A stretch of 64,000 bases of DNA, from assembly GCA_965242925.1 (NCBI GenBank), contig CBDEUM010000042.1, positions 33,807-97,806 of the forward strand. Direction: 5' to 3'. The DNA comes from Roseibacillus sp. Its GTDB lineage: Bacteria; Verrucomicrobiota; Verrucomicrobiia; Verrucomicrobiales; Akkermansiaceae. The position numbers were made by a program, and so were the translations under genes. Shown piece by piece: positions 1 through 11,021 of this stretch (position 1 is the stretch's first letter; each line of letters begins with the position of its first letter). The notes under the pieces are model-generated. The model was not told where the DNA came from. It did no database searches and saw nothing but the letters and a program-made list of their open reading frames with translations.

Positions 1-1046
1 GCTCCCAGCAGGCGCACCGTCCCCCGCTTGAGCGGTTGACCGGCGGTAACCCTGAGGGAGAGCTCACTGGAGGGATAGAGAAGAAACTCGCCGGGCCGAT
101 GAGTGCTGGGCGGCAGTCTCATGTAAGCGGGATAATTCTGTATCCCCACCAGTTCCTCCACGGATGGTCGCGGAAAGGCGTGCACCGACTCCCGCCTGCT
201 TCGCCCGTCGTTGATCACGACCTGGAAGGTGAAGGATTCCTGCACGTTCTCCAGAGTGGCCGCATAGCGGTTCTCCCCGCCGCCTCGCTCCATGCGAACC
301 TTTTGCCGACGACCAGATGCATAGCGGATCCGAAGCAATCCCTCCTCCGGTTCATCCCCCTCCACCCGGGCTTCCACCTTCACGCTGTCACCAATCCCGA
401 TCCTGAGATCCCGCGAAGTCCAGACCACCCGTGTGGCGCGCGGAACGGGCAAATCGGAAAGGAAGGCCCGCTTCAGCAGATCCTCCGTGATCGTTCCCCC
501 GGCATAGTAGCCTCCACTCGCCAGACCCACCAGGAGCAGCAGGACCAGGAGGGCGCGTTTCAACGACCGGGTACTCACCACCTCGGTGAGTCTCATTGGC
601 CTGGCGAAGTCTTCGGTCTCTTCCACCATGCGCTCCACCATGTCCCGGGCTCCCTCCCCCGGCACGGTTGCCTTGCCCCGGGCAAACTGGACCGAGGCAA
701 TGAGGCGGCTCCGGAAACCCGGTTCGCTTTCCTCCACCATGAGGGCCAGGGTCTCCTCGTCCCGCTGCTGCGTCGACAGTGCTGCCAGGGCCCGGAGAAG
801 CAACCCCGCCGCCAGAACTCCCAGGCCGATGAGCACTCCCGTTCGCACGTCGAGAGGGAGATCCACCACCCAGTCCACCGCCAGGAACAGACCAAGTCCC
901 AGAAGGGTTCCGCTGATCGCCACCGCCATCCGCCGCCCGAATTCCACCCGCACCAGCTTCCAGCGCACCGCCGCCAGCTTCCGGCGGATTTTGGCCCCCA
1001 GCTCGTCGGGGAGAGCAGTCGATGATGATGACGGCGGATCGCTCAT
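1..1046 (-). CDS. Membrane protein of MoxR/vWA cluster (DUF4175-like), 3' end outside window
   Basis: Not in ORF track. ATG at 1046 abuts the upstream TAA. The frame MSDPPSSSSTALPDELGAKIRRKL... stays open to the window edge, with TM helices, an 'FRSRLIASVQF' motif and Ig-like beta segments. Confidence 0.75.
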   Translation of the reverse strand, partial: MSDPPSSSSTALPDELGAKIRRKLAAVRWKLVRVEFGRRMAVAISGTLLGLGLFLAVDWVVDLPLDVRTGVLIGLGVLAAGLLLRALAALSTQQRDEETLALMVEESEPGFRSRLIASVQFARGKATVPGEGARDMVERMVEETEDFARPMRLTEVVSTRSLKRALLVLLLLVGLASGGYYAGGTITEDLLKRAFLSDLPVPRATRVVWTSRDLRIGIGDSVKVEARVEGDEPEEGLLRIRYASGRRQKVRMERGGGENRYAATLENVQESFTFQVVINDGRSRRESVHAFPRPSVEELVGIQNYPAYMRLPPSTHRPGEFLLYPSSELSLRVTAGQPLKRGTVRLLG

Positions 1047-3332
1047 TTACTTCAATTCGGAAACCTTGCGGACAATCCATTCGATCGTGATGAACAGGAT
1101 GAGAAGTCCAAAGAACAGGGGAGAAGACCAGAGGTCTACTTCCTTGAAACTGGTAAGGCGGGCCGTGCGCCTGGTGAGGGCCGCTGGTAACTCGTCAAGT
1201 TGAGCAAGCGGCAGGTAGGCTCCACCGGTCTGCCTGGCCAGATCGCGAAGGAGTGGCTCGTTCAACGCCGCCCGGGCATACTCCCGGTTATCGTCAATTA
1301 CCGTGTAGTCGAGGGTTGCGACCCTGTCTCCGGGCAGGGCCAGACGGTAGTTGCCGGGAGGGCCCGCGGCCAACTCGGCCCGATAGATCCCGGGCTGGCC
1401 CGGGACGGCGCGCAGGATCACCTCCTGGCGCCGGTCCGAATTATCCCCCACCGCCAGCACGGCCTGAACCACTTCCTCCTCCCGGGGCTCCCAGCTGGCG
1501 GTAAAGAGCCGCGCGTAAATCCTGACCCGGTCGCCCTGCCGGAAACGCCGGCCATTGGCTTTCAGATTCACCCGGGGCGCTTCGGTGAGAAGCCGGGCTC
1601 CCGCCATGCGCTGGATGATCTGCCCCCAGAGAATCGTATGGTAACGGTCCCCCACATTGCGACGGAAGCGCCAGAAATTGTCGGTCCCGACGAAGAGGAC
1701 TTCTCCTGCCCCATAGCGATGCAGCGCCACCACCGGTGTGGTCCCCGACCCGGAAGCGGGATCGGGCCCGGTGAGCAGGACTTCTGCGGCCGGCTTTGCC
1801 CGCTCCACGCGTGCCGTCCAATAGATCGGCGGGAGGCGCCCCCAGAGCGCTTCGCTCACCCCGGAATCATCCCCAAGGCGCAACATCACACTTTCCCGGC
1901 CCGCCGGGGTGAGACTGAGCCGGAGAGGCCGCACCGCCGACGTCCTGGAGGACCCGATGGTTCTCCCCGCCAGTTCCACCGGAAGCAACTGCTCCAGTTC
2001 TGTCCGTCCGAACGCCGCAGGCATGAAGCGCTTGCCGGCAATCACGACCAGAGCCCCGCCCGCACTGGAGACATAGTCCCCCAGCAGGGAGAGTCGTCCC
2101 TCGGTGAGAAAGCGCGGATCTACGTCCCCCAGCAGGACGAGATCGAAATCGAAGAGGTCTTCCGCGCGCACCGGGAACTCCCCGAGGTACGGGCTTCCAG
2201 GCACGCGGGCGATCTCGCGGTCTCCCTCGAAGAGGAAACAGGATAGCTCCACCCGCTGTTCCCGCAACAACATCGCTTCCAGGTACTTGAACTCCCAGCG
2301 AGGCGCCTGGTCAAGGAGGAGAACCTTGAGTCGGCGGTCCACCACCCGCAGGGCAGCGCGCCCGGTGTTGTTTTCCGCCAGCACTTCCCCCGTGCCGTCA
2401 GCCTCGAATCTCGCTTCCAGGACGTATTCCCCCACCCGCTTGGGCACGAAAAGGGTGGCGATGTCCAGTGGACCGTCCTCCTCAATACTCACTTCCTCCT
2501 CCGCCACGTCCACTCCGCCCAGCGAGAAGATCACGCGACCGCTCCCTCCTTTCATTCCCTGCGTCCGCAACTTCACCGTCACAGGGACGGCATCGTCTGC
2601 CAGCAGAACCTCGCGCACCTCCACCCCTTCGATCGCGACATCGCGAGCCTCGAGATCGCCCACCCCGACGGCATAAACCGGAACTCCGGCTTCCTTCAAT
2701 TCCTGCGCGACTGCTCCCAGCGGCATCCCGCTGTTCTGGCCCCCGTCGGTGATCATCACCAATCCGGCCAGGGAGGTTCCGCGGTAACGCTCCATGGCCC
2801 TGCGGAAGGCATCTCCCAGCGCAGTCTTCTCCCCGGCTGGCGCAAGCGGGAGGGATGCCTCTTCCCGTTCCTGCAACGAATCAGCATCAAACGTGAGGCG
2901 AGGGACGTGCAGGTCCTTCTCCAGGGAATCGAGAAGCGACACGCCGGCCGGGGAGGAGAGGGCTTTCTCCACCTTCTGGAGCCTACTCATGCCATCCCCG
3001 TCCTTGAACGCCATGCTTCCGGTCCGGTCGAGAAGGAGCGGCAGGGTTCGCGGGACTTCCCGTGCCAGGGTGAGGACAAGAACCGGTTGCAGCAGGATGG
3101 CGAGAAGAAGCGCAAGGAAGGTCAATCGAAGGGCCGTGAGAAGAACCCGACGCCCTCCCGGCAGCTCCTGGGGGCTCCTGCGGTAAAGCCACCAGCACAA
3201 CACCGCCAGGATCACCATGAGCACGGCCGCTAGAAGGCCCCACTGCGCTGTCTCCCAGCGCAGGGACCACCCGGCAAGACCGTCCACATCGCCGACCTCT
3301 ACGCCGAGGGCCTTGAGAATCCAGTCGGTCAT
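1047..3332 (-). CDS. Membrane-anchored vWA plus glutamine-amidotransferase-like domain protein
   Basis: MIDAS-like DRTGSM, 'ITDGGQN', 'PRWEFKYL', N- and C-terminal TM helices. Start trimmed to MTDWILK. Confidence 0.8.
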   Translation of the reverse strand: MTDWILKALGVEVGDVDGLAGWSLRWETAQWGLLAAVLMVILAVLCWWLYRRSPQELPGGRRVLLTALRLTFLALLLAILLQPVLVLTLAREVPRTLPLLLDRTGSMAFKDGDGMSRLQKVEKALSSPAGVSLLDSLEKDLHVPRLTFDADSLQEREEASLPLAPAGEKTALGDAFRRAMERYRGTSLAGLVMITDGGQNSGMPLGAVAQELKEAGVPVYAVGVGDLEARDVAIEGVEVREVLLADDAVPVTVKLRTQGMKGGSGRVIFSLGGVDVAEEEVSIEEDGPLDIATLFVPKRVGEYVLEARFEADGTGEVLAENNTGRAALRVVDRRLKVLLLDQAPRWEFKYLEAMLLREQRVELSCFLFEGDREIARVPGSPYLGEFPVRAEDLFDFDLVLLGDVDPRFLTEGRLSLLGDYVSSAGGALVVIAGKRFMPAAFGRTELEQLLPVELAGRTIGSSRTSAVRPLRLSLTPAGRESVMLRLGDDSGVSEALWGRLPPIYWTARVERAKPAAEVLLTGPDPASGSGTTPVVALHRYGAGEVLFVGTDNFWRFRRNVGDRYHTILWGQIIQRMAGARLLTEAPRVNLKANGRRFRQGDRVRIYARLFTASWEPREEEVVQAVLAVGDNSDRRQEVILRAVPGQPGIYRAELAAGPPGNYRLALPGDRVATLDYTVIDDNREYARAALNEPLLRDLARQTGGAYLPLAQLDELPAALTRRTARLTSFKEVDLWSSPLFFGLLILFITIEWIVRKVSELK

Positions 3333-3357
3333 GGCGTTCCTTGTCTCCCCCTTTCCA

Positions 3358-5456
3358 TCATTTCGATCGGCTGAACCATTGCGCGAGGACGATTTCGATC
3401 GCGGCAAGGGCGATCACGACAAGGAGCAGCGGCCACCAGAGTTCTGATCCCTTGCGATGAGCGCCAAAGTCAGCCGCGCTGCTCCCCGCTCCCCATCCGA
3501 CTACCGTGGCTGAATCACCCAGGCGGGCCAGCTGTCCCGCCCCCAGGAGAGCGAGGCTTGACTCGCGCACGCTGGGACGCGCCGCGAACAGGACCGGATC
3601 GGGCTGCCCCTCGATGGTGGCCTGGTAGGCTCCCCCCCGGTGTATCCGGTCAAACTCCAGGACCGAACTCCCCTCCGCATCAGACAACGTGGTCAGGCGG
3701 CCGAGCGCTTCCGGATCCCCGACTTCGTAGACCGTGGCCTCCCTGCCCGCAAGATCCGCATCGAGGCGATGCCGCAGGGCCTCCCCGACCTCGATGTTCA
3801 GATTGCTCTCGCGGCTCTGCACGATGCCCCCGAGGAGCCGGTTGATGAAGGGCACGAAGACCGGCCGGATCGCAAAGTCGTTCCAGTCCAGATCCACCGT
3901 GCTGGTAAAAACGAAGACCTTGCCCAGCCCATGCTCGCTCTCCACCAGGGCGGGTTGCCCGTCATCGTAGCGCAGGACCAGGCGATGGTCCCGGTCCCCG
4001 GGTTCCAAGCCCAGCACCTGGCGAAACTTCACGCGGGCCAGGAGATCCCCGTCAAGACCGAGGGGGTTGGTCTCGGTCGGAATCATGATGCGGGGCCGGG
4101 GCGCCGCGTTCCCATCGCGGGAAACAAAGGAAACGGGGAGAAGCTGGTGCTTGCCGTGAAGCAGGGTGTTGTAGGATTCCGGCCGGAGGTTCGCGCCGGG
4201 AAACACCATCAACCCGCCACCGGCTTCCACGTAGCGCGCAAGGCGGTCCGCAAAGGGCAGGGGAACGTCGGCAACGTTGGCGAGAACGATTGCGTGGTAG
4301 CGATCCAGCACCTCTCCGGCCAGGTCCGACACCGAAACAACAGACGGCTTCACCGGATAACCGGACCGCATCTCTTCCGGGACCGGGGCCAGGGCGTGCC
4401 GAAGGAAGAAGGTTTCCGATTCACGGTCTTCCGTTCCGGGATCGCCATCAACCAGCAACACGCGCACATCATCCATGGCCTGCATCACCATTGTGCGCCG
4501 GTCATCAAAGGGAACGCCGTCATCCTCCAGGGCCACCGTCACCCGGTGGTAACTAGCACTGGGCAGGGTGGCATACAGCGTCGCGCTCTCACTGCCCCCG
4601 GGCTTCAGTTCCTCAATCATCCACGGCTCGCCCGCCGGTTGTCCGTCCACCAGGAGTTTCACCGGGACATTGAGCGCCGGAGAGGAGCCGTAGTTGGTAA
4701 TGTCCACGTCGATCCGGAGGGTTCATTCACGGCGGGAAGTGCGGCCGCCGGGATAAGACGGCTGATCCCCAGATTGGCAGGAGCCGGCGTCCCGACCATC
4801 ACAAGGTGAACCCTGATTCCCGCGGAGATATCGCGCAGGCGGGCCTCCAGGATGGCGAAGGCGCCCCACTCCTCCGCATGTCCGTCGGTAATGAGGTACA
4901 GTTCCTTTTCCGCGGCAGCCTGTCCCTCGAGCGAGCGCACAGCCTCCTCAAGGGCGAGGAGGAGGTCCGCATGGCGGTCGGTCTGCGCTACCTCGTCGAT
5001 GCGCGACGAGACCAGATTGTGGTCGTTGCTCGCTTCGTTGGGATGAAAGGCCCCCGAGATCACCACCGGGGACCCTCCAGGCAGACGATCGAGGATCGCA
5101 TGAGCAGCCTCACGCGCGAGATTGAGGCGGGTGCCCTCTCCTTCCCGCGATCCCATGCTGGCCGAGTTGTCCAGCACGATGGCGGCCGCAACCTTGGAAC
5201 CCGGCATCCCGGATAAACCCTCCATCACCGGCCGCGCCATCAGGAGAGCGAGGAGGGCGACCAGGGCACAACGCAGGAAGAGCAGAATCCAGTCCTCCAG
5301 TTTCATACGCCGCTGGTTCTGCTCCACGCTGATCTTGAGGAAGCGCATGGCCGCCCAGGGCACCCGCCGGAAGCGCCGCCGGTTGAGAAAGTGGATGATG
5401 ATGGGCACCGAGATCGCCGCGATCCCCCACAACAATGCCTGGTTCAGGAAGTTCAT
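3358..5456 (-). pseudogene. BatA N-terminal double-TM plus vWA domain protein, split by a 1-nt frameshift near 4719 (real or assembly error)
   Basis: MNFLNQALLWG...PIIIHFLNRRR...WAAMRFL (BatA) and DNSASM MIDAS in ORF 4659-5549 continue into ORF 3358-4707 if one C is added (GAACCC[C]TCCGGATCGACGTG gives EPLRIDVDITNYG). Confidence 0.8.
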
Positions 5457-5461
5457 CGGGA

Positions 5462-6361
5462 TCAACTGGAGGTGCTCTTCCTGAAGGCGAGGTAGTTGGC
5501 GAGGGCTTCGTCGAGAGATTGGTCCGTTCGCAGACTCACGAATTGGCATTTGTGGCGCTCACAGGCCGCGCGCAGGCGCTCCTGGAACGCTTCGAATGCG
5601 CGGTGGTAGCTCTTCCTGATCTCGCTGGGTCGCGTCCGGATGAGAGGAATATCCTCCAGTCCGTCGAATTCCACCATCCCGCTGAAGGGGAAGTCGATTT
5701 CGCAGGGATCCAGGACCTGCATCACGATCACTTCGTGTCCATTGAAACGGAGATGCTGGATTCCCTCGAGAACATCTTCCTCGTCATCGAAGAAGTCGCT
5801 GATCACGATCACGATCCCCTTGCGGCGCACCTGGTTGGCAATTCCATGGAGAACCGGGGCGATCCTCGTTCCCCCCACCGGATCGAACCCCGCCAGCCGG
5901 TCCATGATCTTGAAGAGATTGTCCCGGTTGTCACTGCGCGGGAGATACTCCCGAACCTCCTCGTCGAAGATCCCCAGGGCCACCGCGTCCCGCTGGTGGA
6001 GAATGAGGTAGGCCAGGCAGGCCGCCATCATCTTGCCATACTCCAGCTTGCTGATATCAGCAGAAGCGTACTTCATGCTCTCGCTGCCATCCAGGAGGAG
6101 ATGGGCCACGAAATTGGTCTCCTGCTCATACTGCTTGATGTAATAGCGTTCGGTCTTGGCCTGGACCTTCCAGTCCAGGTGCCGCACATCATCCCCGGGC
6201 GAGTACTCGCGATGCTGGGCGAATTCGATGGCGAACCCCCGGTAGGGTGATTTGTGTTCCCCCGCCATGTAGCCCTCCACGATGAAACGCGCGTTCATGC
6301 CGAGGGCCTCGGCCCGGGCAATGGTGCGGGGATCCAGGAGCTTGCGGGTTTCAGCGTCCAC
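5462..6361 (-). CDS. DUF58 domain protein (MoxR-associated)
   Basis: G.HKSPYRGFAIEFAQHREYSPGDDVRHLDWK signature. Confidence 0.92.
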   Translation of the reverse strand: MDAETRKLLDPRTIARAEALGMNARFIVEGYMAGEHKSPYRGFAIEFAQHREYSPGDDVRHLDWKVQAKTERYYIKQYEQETNFVAHLLLDGSESMKYASADISKLEYGKMMAACLAYLILHQRDAVALGIFDEEVREYLPRSDNRDNLFKIMDRLAGFDPVGGTRIAPVLHGIANQVRRKGIVIVISDFFDDEEDVLEGIQHLRFNGHEVIVMQVLDPCEIDFPFSGMVEFDGLEDIPLIRTRPSEIRKSYHRAFEAFQERLRAACERHKCQFVSLRTDQSLDEALANYLAFRKSTSS

Positions 6362-6423
6362 TTGGAGAGGTTGTTAACGGAATGTCCGCCGGTGCGCCAT
6401 GCACGCACCACATCCACGATCCA

Positions 6424-7437
6424 CTAATCCAGCTTCCTGTCCTTCGGAACGGACTCAAGGATCTTCGCCGTGATGTCGTCCGCAGTCACCCCTTCACTCT
6501 GAGCGCTGAAGTTCGGGATAATGCGGTGACGGAATATGGGCGGAGCAACCGCAGCGACATCTTCACAGCTCACATGGCTCTGGCCGTTGAGAAGAGCGTT
6601 GGCCTTGGCAGCGAGCACGAGGTTCAGCCCTGCGCGCGGTCCCGCCCCCCATGTGAGCCACTTGGAACAGAACTCAAGCGCCTCGTCGGAATCCGGTCGC
6701 GTGACGCGCACCAGTTTCTCCGCGTAGCGGAGGATGTGATCCGCCACCGGCATGTTGCGCACGGCGCGCTGCATCTCAAGAATCTCCTCCGCACCCAGCA
6801 CCGGGTCGGGACGCTGCCCTTCGTTTCCGGTGCAGGTTTTCAGGATCTGGAATTCCTCCTCCTCGTCAGGATAATCCACCTTGATCATGAACATGAAGCG
6901 GTCGAGCTGCGCTTCCGGGAGCGGATAGGTGCCCTCCTGCTCGATGGGGTTCTGGGTTGCCAGCACGAAGAAGGGCTCCGGGAGCGGATGGTCTTCTCCC
7001 CCCACCGTCACCTTGCGCTCCTGCATGGATTCCAGCATCGCGGCCTGGGTCTTGGGCGGGGTCCGGTTGATCTCATCGGCCAGGATGATATTGGCAAAAA
7101 TCGGGCCCGGCAGGAACTTGAACTCGCGCTCGTTGGTGGCCGGGTCGGAGTAGATCACTTCCGTCCCCGTGATATCCGAGGGCATCAGGTCGGGCGTAAA
7201 CTGAATGCGCTTGAAGGAAAGGCGGAGCGCTTCCGCCAGACTTGAGATAAGGAGGGTCTTGGCCAGTCCCGGAACACCGACGAGGAGGGCATGACTCCGG
7301 GTAAGGATCGCTATCATCACTTCCTTGACGACCTGGTCCTGACCGATGATGACTTTCGAAATCTCCGCCCGGACACGCCGGACGGCATCCTGCAGTTGGG
7401 CGGATTCCTGGGAGGCGGCTTCTGCGCTTGTGCTCAT
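6424..7437 (-). CDS. moxR: MoxR-family AAA+ ATPase
   Basis: GVPGLAKT, RIQFTPDLMPSDITG, ILADEINRTPPKTQAA, ATQNPIEQEGTYPLPEAQLDRF. Confidence 0.96.
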   Translation of the reverse strand: MSTSAEAASQESAQLQDAVRRVRAEISKVIIGQDQVVKEVMIAILTRSHALLVGVPGLAKTLLISSLAEALRLSFKRIQFTPDLMPSDITGTEVIYSDPATNEREFKFLPGPIFANIILADEINRTPPKTQAAMLESMQERKVTVGGEDHPLPEPFFVLATQNPIEQEGTYPLPEAQLDRFMFMIKVDYPDEEEEFQILKTCTGNEGQRPDPVLGAEEILEMQRAVRNMPVADHILRYAEKLVRVTRPDSDEALEFCSKWLTWGAGPRAGLNLVLAAKANALLNGQSHVSCEDVAAVAPPIFRHRIIPNFSAQSEGVTADDITAKILESVPKDRKLD

Positions 7438-7727
7438 GAGTGGGCGTATCTTACGGTCCAAAGGCTGACTCCATTTCAGGCGCGGGGCAATCGTGGCAAA
7501 CGATTTCCTGCCCATGCGGCGGGCCCTCACCCCGCCTCATCCGGGAATCTGCACCCGGGAGGCGGAATTCTTCCCCCATTTGCGGTCCGGTCCGGGACGG
7601 ATCAGGACGCCTGCCGCAAAGGGGCCAAAATGGCAGTTCACACTGCAACCCAGCATCCCGATCGGACGAACCCGTCCGGTTTCTCCGGGGCCTACCCCCG
7701 CAGCGCTGACGGCAGGGCCGCCCGAAT

Positions 7728-8705
7728 CTACCTGGACCGGGGAACGGCTTTCTCCGTCTCCCCCTCTTCCGCCTTCTTCCCGTCGTCCACAGGCTTCGGC
7801 ACGGCCTTTGGCACGTCCTTTGGCACGTCCCAGGCGGTCATCCACTCCTGCTTGCCCTTCCTGTATCCCCTCTTGAGGAGGCGGGCCTCCAGATCCGGGT
7901 TATGAGCCGCGCCGTAGAAGATGCCGATATTCCTGCGCCCCTTCTTCTTAACCTGCTTCCGGAGAACCCTGAGGCACTTGGCATTGCGGTCGCCAATGAT
8001 GACGCTGTTGCCGGCAAAGGCGGCAATCTGATCATCCCCCTGGCCGAGGCTCTTCATCATCTCAAGCTTGAGGCCGTTTGAATTCCCCGAGAGGAGCGCC
8101 GCGATCAATCGCGCGGGATTCGGTTGTTCCACGCCCTGGTTCTGCGCCTGCTGGGCCGCTGCCAGCGCAAAGTTGAAGAGCGATTCTCCATTCGCTTCCT
8201 GCTTCTGCTGGAATTGTTTCATGGTGAGATCGGCATGAACAAAGTTCTTGGGTGAATAGTCGATCTCCTGCATCTGGCTGGAGAGCTTGAGGAAGCGTGA
8301 CATCCCATCAACCATCCCCCGCAGGAAGTTGGTCTGAAAATCGCCTCCTCCCTCTTCCTGCTTGGGAATCCTGCCCTCCACCATGTCTTCGCCCCCCACC
8401 ATCTCAAAGAGCAGTGCGTCGTACTTCTCAAAGGACTTGTTGAGGTCCGCGTAGTACTTCTTGTCCCCGATGTGAACCGCTCCGATGAGATCAACTGTCA
8501 CTCCGTCCTTCCCGTATCGGGTCACCGAGGTCTGCAGGCGTGTGGCCTTGTCGTTTTCATCGATCCGGATGAACTCGGTGGCTTCCACAGCCTCCTTCTT
8601 CCCGGGCGCCTCCTCCCTGGCGGACTGATCTTCCTGGGCACCGGCGGTGGGAAGGAGCCAGGCGGCGACGAAGGTGAGGCAGAGGAAAGGACGGATTCTC
8701 TTCAT
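7728..8705 (-). CDS. Conserved secreted hypothetical protein (TraB/GumN-like)
   Basis: Signal peptide, 'VDLIGAVHIGD..YY', 'RN' and 'IFYGAAH' motifs. Confidence 0.7.
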   Translation of the reverse strand: MKRIRPFLCLTFVAAWLLPTAGAQEDQSAREEAPGKKEAVEATEFIRIDENDKATRLQTSVTRYGKDGVTVDLIGAVHIGDKKYYADLNKSFEKYDALLFEMVGGEDMVEGRIPKQEEGGGDFQTNFLRGMVDGMSRFLKLSSQMQEIDYSPKNFVHADLTMKQFQQKQEANGESLFNFALAAAQQAQNQGVEQPNPARLIAALLSGNSNGLKLEMMKSLGQGDDQIAAFAGNSVIIGDRNAKCLRVLRKQVKKKGRRNIGIFYGAAHNPDLEARLLKRGYRKGKQEWMTAWDVPKDVPKAVPKPVDDGKKAEEGETEKAVPRSR

Positions 8706-8835
8706 GGGAAACTACTGGGATTACACTCACAGCGCGACAAGCACAGGAATTTGTGCCCTCCAGACCCATAAAAGCACAAAATCCCCTCGTGCGCTTGCTG
8801 GTCAGCTATCCCGATCCGGGCTATAGATCCAGCAG

Positions 8836-10644
8836 ATGAGCGCTCAATCGCCGCTTCGCTACTGCTCCGATCTCTTCCGTTACCAGCGGAGAAGCTCCCG
8901 CGAAGTGATGATCGGCAAGGTCGGGGTGGGCGGCGGAAACCCGATCCGGATCCAGTCCATGATCACGGCCGACACCCGCGATACCGGGGCCTGCGTCAAG
9001 GAGGTCCTGGAGCTGGCGGAGGTGGGATGCGAGATTGTGCGCATCACCGCCCAGACCCGCAAGTATGCCGGGAACCTGGAGCACATCCGGGACGGGGTGC
9101 GGAGAGCCGGATGCGAGGTGCCCCTCGTCGCCGACATCCATTTCAAGCCCGACGCCGCCCTTGAGGCCGCCAAGTGGGTGGAGAAGGTGCGGGTCAACCC
9201 CGGGAACTACGCCGACAGGAAGAAGTTTGAAGTCCGTGAATACTCGGACTCGGACTACGCCGAAGAACTCACGCGGATCCGCCACAAGTTCGTTCCTCTC
9301 GTGAAGCTCTGCCAGGAACTGGGGCGTGCCATGCGCATTGGAACAAACCACGGTTCGCTTTCCGACCGCATCATGAACCGCTACGGGGACACGCCACTGG
9401 GCATGGTGGAGAGCGCCCTTGAGTTTGTCCGCATTGCCCGCGATCTCGATTACCACGAGATCATTTTCTCGATGAAGGCGTCCAATCCCAAGGTCATGAT
9501 CGAGGCCTACCGCCTCCTCATCGCACGACTGGAACAGGAGGGCGGAGACTGGAACTACCCGATCCACCTCGGCGTGACGGAAGCCGGAGATGGCGAGGAC
9601 GGTCGAATCAAGTCCGCCATCGGAATCGGCTCTCTCCTTGACGACGGGATCGGCGATACCATCCGCGTTTCCCTGACCGAGAATTCCGTCTCCGAAATCC
9701 CGGTGGCCCGGGCAATGGTGCGAACGCGGGAGGGTGACTCCGGTCGCGAGAAACCGCGGCAGGCTGCCGAGGCCCCCATTCACCCCTGCTGGGATCCCTT
9801 CTCCTACAAGCGCCGTCCCAGTGAAGTGATCGAGATCGGCGGCCACGAACTCGGCGGAAACCGCGAATTCCGGGTGGTGACCACCCGGAAGAAGTGGGAC
9901 GCCCTTGCTCACCAGCTCGGAGAACTCGGCGACTTCCAACCCGAAATCGTCCTGGAAGAGAGCGGAGTGGTGGAGATCGATCCGCGGAATAGTGCAGAGG
10001 TTGAGCAACTCGACTCCCGGACCACTCCCGCCCTGGTGACGGTCGGCAATGGGCTGGACCTGGCGGTCGTTCCCGCCTTCCGACTCCTTGCCTCCCGGGT
10101 GCAGGCCCGCCACCCGATTCTTCTCAAGGACGTCCTCTCCCCGTCTGAAGAAGGGGACGGAAACTTCCCCCTCGAAACCCTGCTGACCGCCGCGCGCAAC
10201 ATCGGATCCCTGCTTTGCGACGGAATCGGTGACGCCGTCCTCCTCCAGGGGGAAGAAGTCCCGGAACAGAGCCTGCGGGTAAGCTACAACATCCTGCAGG
10301 CGGCCGGCGCACGTATCTTCAAGACCGACTACGTGGCGTGCCCCAGTTGCGGACGCACGCTCTTCAATCTACAGGCTACCACCCGCAGAATCCGGGAAGC
10401 GACTGGCCACCTCAAGGGCCTGCGCATTGCGGTGATGGGCTGTATCGTGAACGGACCAGGCGAAATGGCCGATGCGGATTTCGGTTACGTGGGAGGGGCC
10501 CCGGGCAAGATAAACCTCTACGTGGGCAGGGACGCCGTGAAGTTCAACATCCCGGAAGAGGAAGCCGTGGAACGGCTCGTCGATCTCATCAACGAACACG
10601 GAAAGTGGATCGATCCACCTGCCTTGAAGCCGGTCAGGGTCTAG
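8836..10644 (+). CDS. ispG: (E)-4-hydroxy-3-methylbut-2-enyl-diphosphate synthase, long three-domain type
   Basis: IRIQSM, PLVADIHF, RVNPGN, RIGTNHGSL, HLGVTEAG, CPSCGRT, MGCIVNGPGE. Confidence 0.97.
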   Translation: MSAQSPLRYCSDLFRYQRRSSREVMIGKVGVGGGNPIRIQSMITADTRDTGACVKEVLELAEVGCEIVRITAQTRKYAGNLEHIRDGVRRAGCEVPLVADIHFKPDAALEAAKWVEKVRVNPGNYADRKKFEVREYSDSDYAEELTRIRHKFVPLVKLCQELGRAMRIGTNHGSLSDRIMNRYGDTPLGMVESALEFVRIARDLDYHEIIFSMKASNPKVMIEAYRLLIARLEQEGGDWNYPIHLGVTEAGDGEDGRIKSAIGIGSLLDDGIGDTIRVSLTENSVSEIPVARAMVRTREGDSGREKPRQAAEAPIHPCWDPFSYKRRPSEVIEIGGHELGGNREFRVVTTRKKWDALAHQLGELGDFQPEIVLEESGVVEIDPRNSAEVEQLDSRTTPALVTVGNGLDLAVVPAFRLLASRVQARHPILLKDVLSPSEEGDGNFPLETLLTAARNIGSLLCDGIGDAVLLQGEEVPEQSLRVSYNILQAAGARIFKTDYVACPSCGRTLFNLQATTRRIREATGHLKGLRIAVMGCIVNGPGEMADADFGYVGGAPGKINLYVGRDAVKFNIPEEEAVERLVDLINEHGKWIDPPALKPVRV

Positions 10645-10668
10645 TCTCGTTGTCGCCAAGACGGGCGG

Positions 10669-11019
10669 TTGCGCAAACGCCGGGCCCTTGGTAGCGTCCA
10701 CCTCAGCGAACTCAGCGTAACCATCACTTCGAAGATCAGGGCCGGAACGATCACGGAAAAGGAAGAAAAGGCCTCCACCGAACTGGCGGGGACTTGGAAC
10801 GTGCTGGTCTTCGATGACCCGGTAAACCTGATGGAATATGTGACCAAGGTTTTCCAGAAGGTCTTCGGTTACCCCCGCGAGCGGGCAGAAGATCTCATGA
10901 TGACGGTACACATCGCCGGCAAGGCCCTGGTGTGGTCCGGCGCGCGAGAGCCCGCGGAACTCTACGTCCAGCAACTGCACAGCTACCAGTTGCACGCCAG
11001 CCTCGAGAAAGCGCAGTAG
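10669..11019 (+). CDS. clpS: ATP-dependent Clp protease adaptor ClpS (start uncertain)
   Basis: WNVLVFDDPVNLMEYV...LMMTVH..GKALV. Confidence 0.9.
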   Translation: MRKRRALGSVHLSELSVTITSKIRAGTITEKEEKASTELAGTWNVLVFDDPVNLMEYVTKVFQKVFGYPRERAEDLMMTVHIAGKALVWSGAREPAELYVQQLHSYQLHASLEKAQ

Positions 11020-11021
11020 AA

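Noticed and set aside
7480..7700. Series of GC-rich hairpins upstream of moxR as a riboswitch
   Set aside because: No recognisable aptamer consensus; pairing is explainable by high GC.
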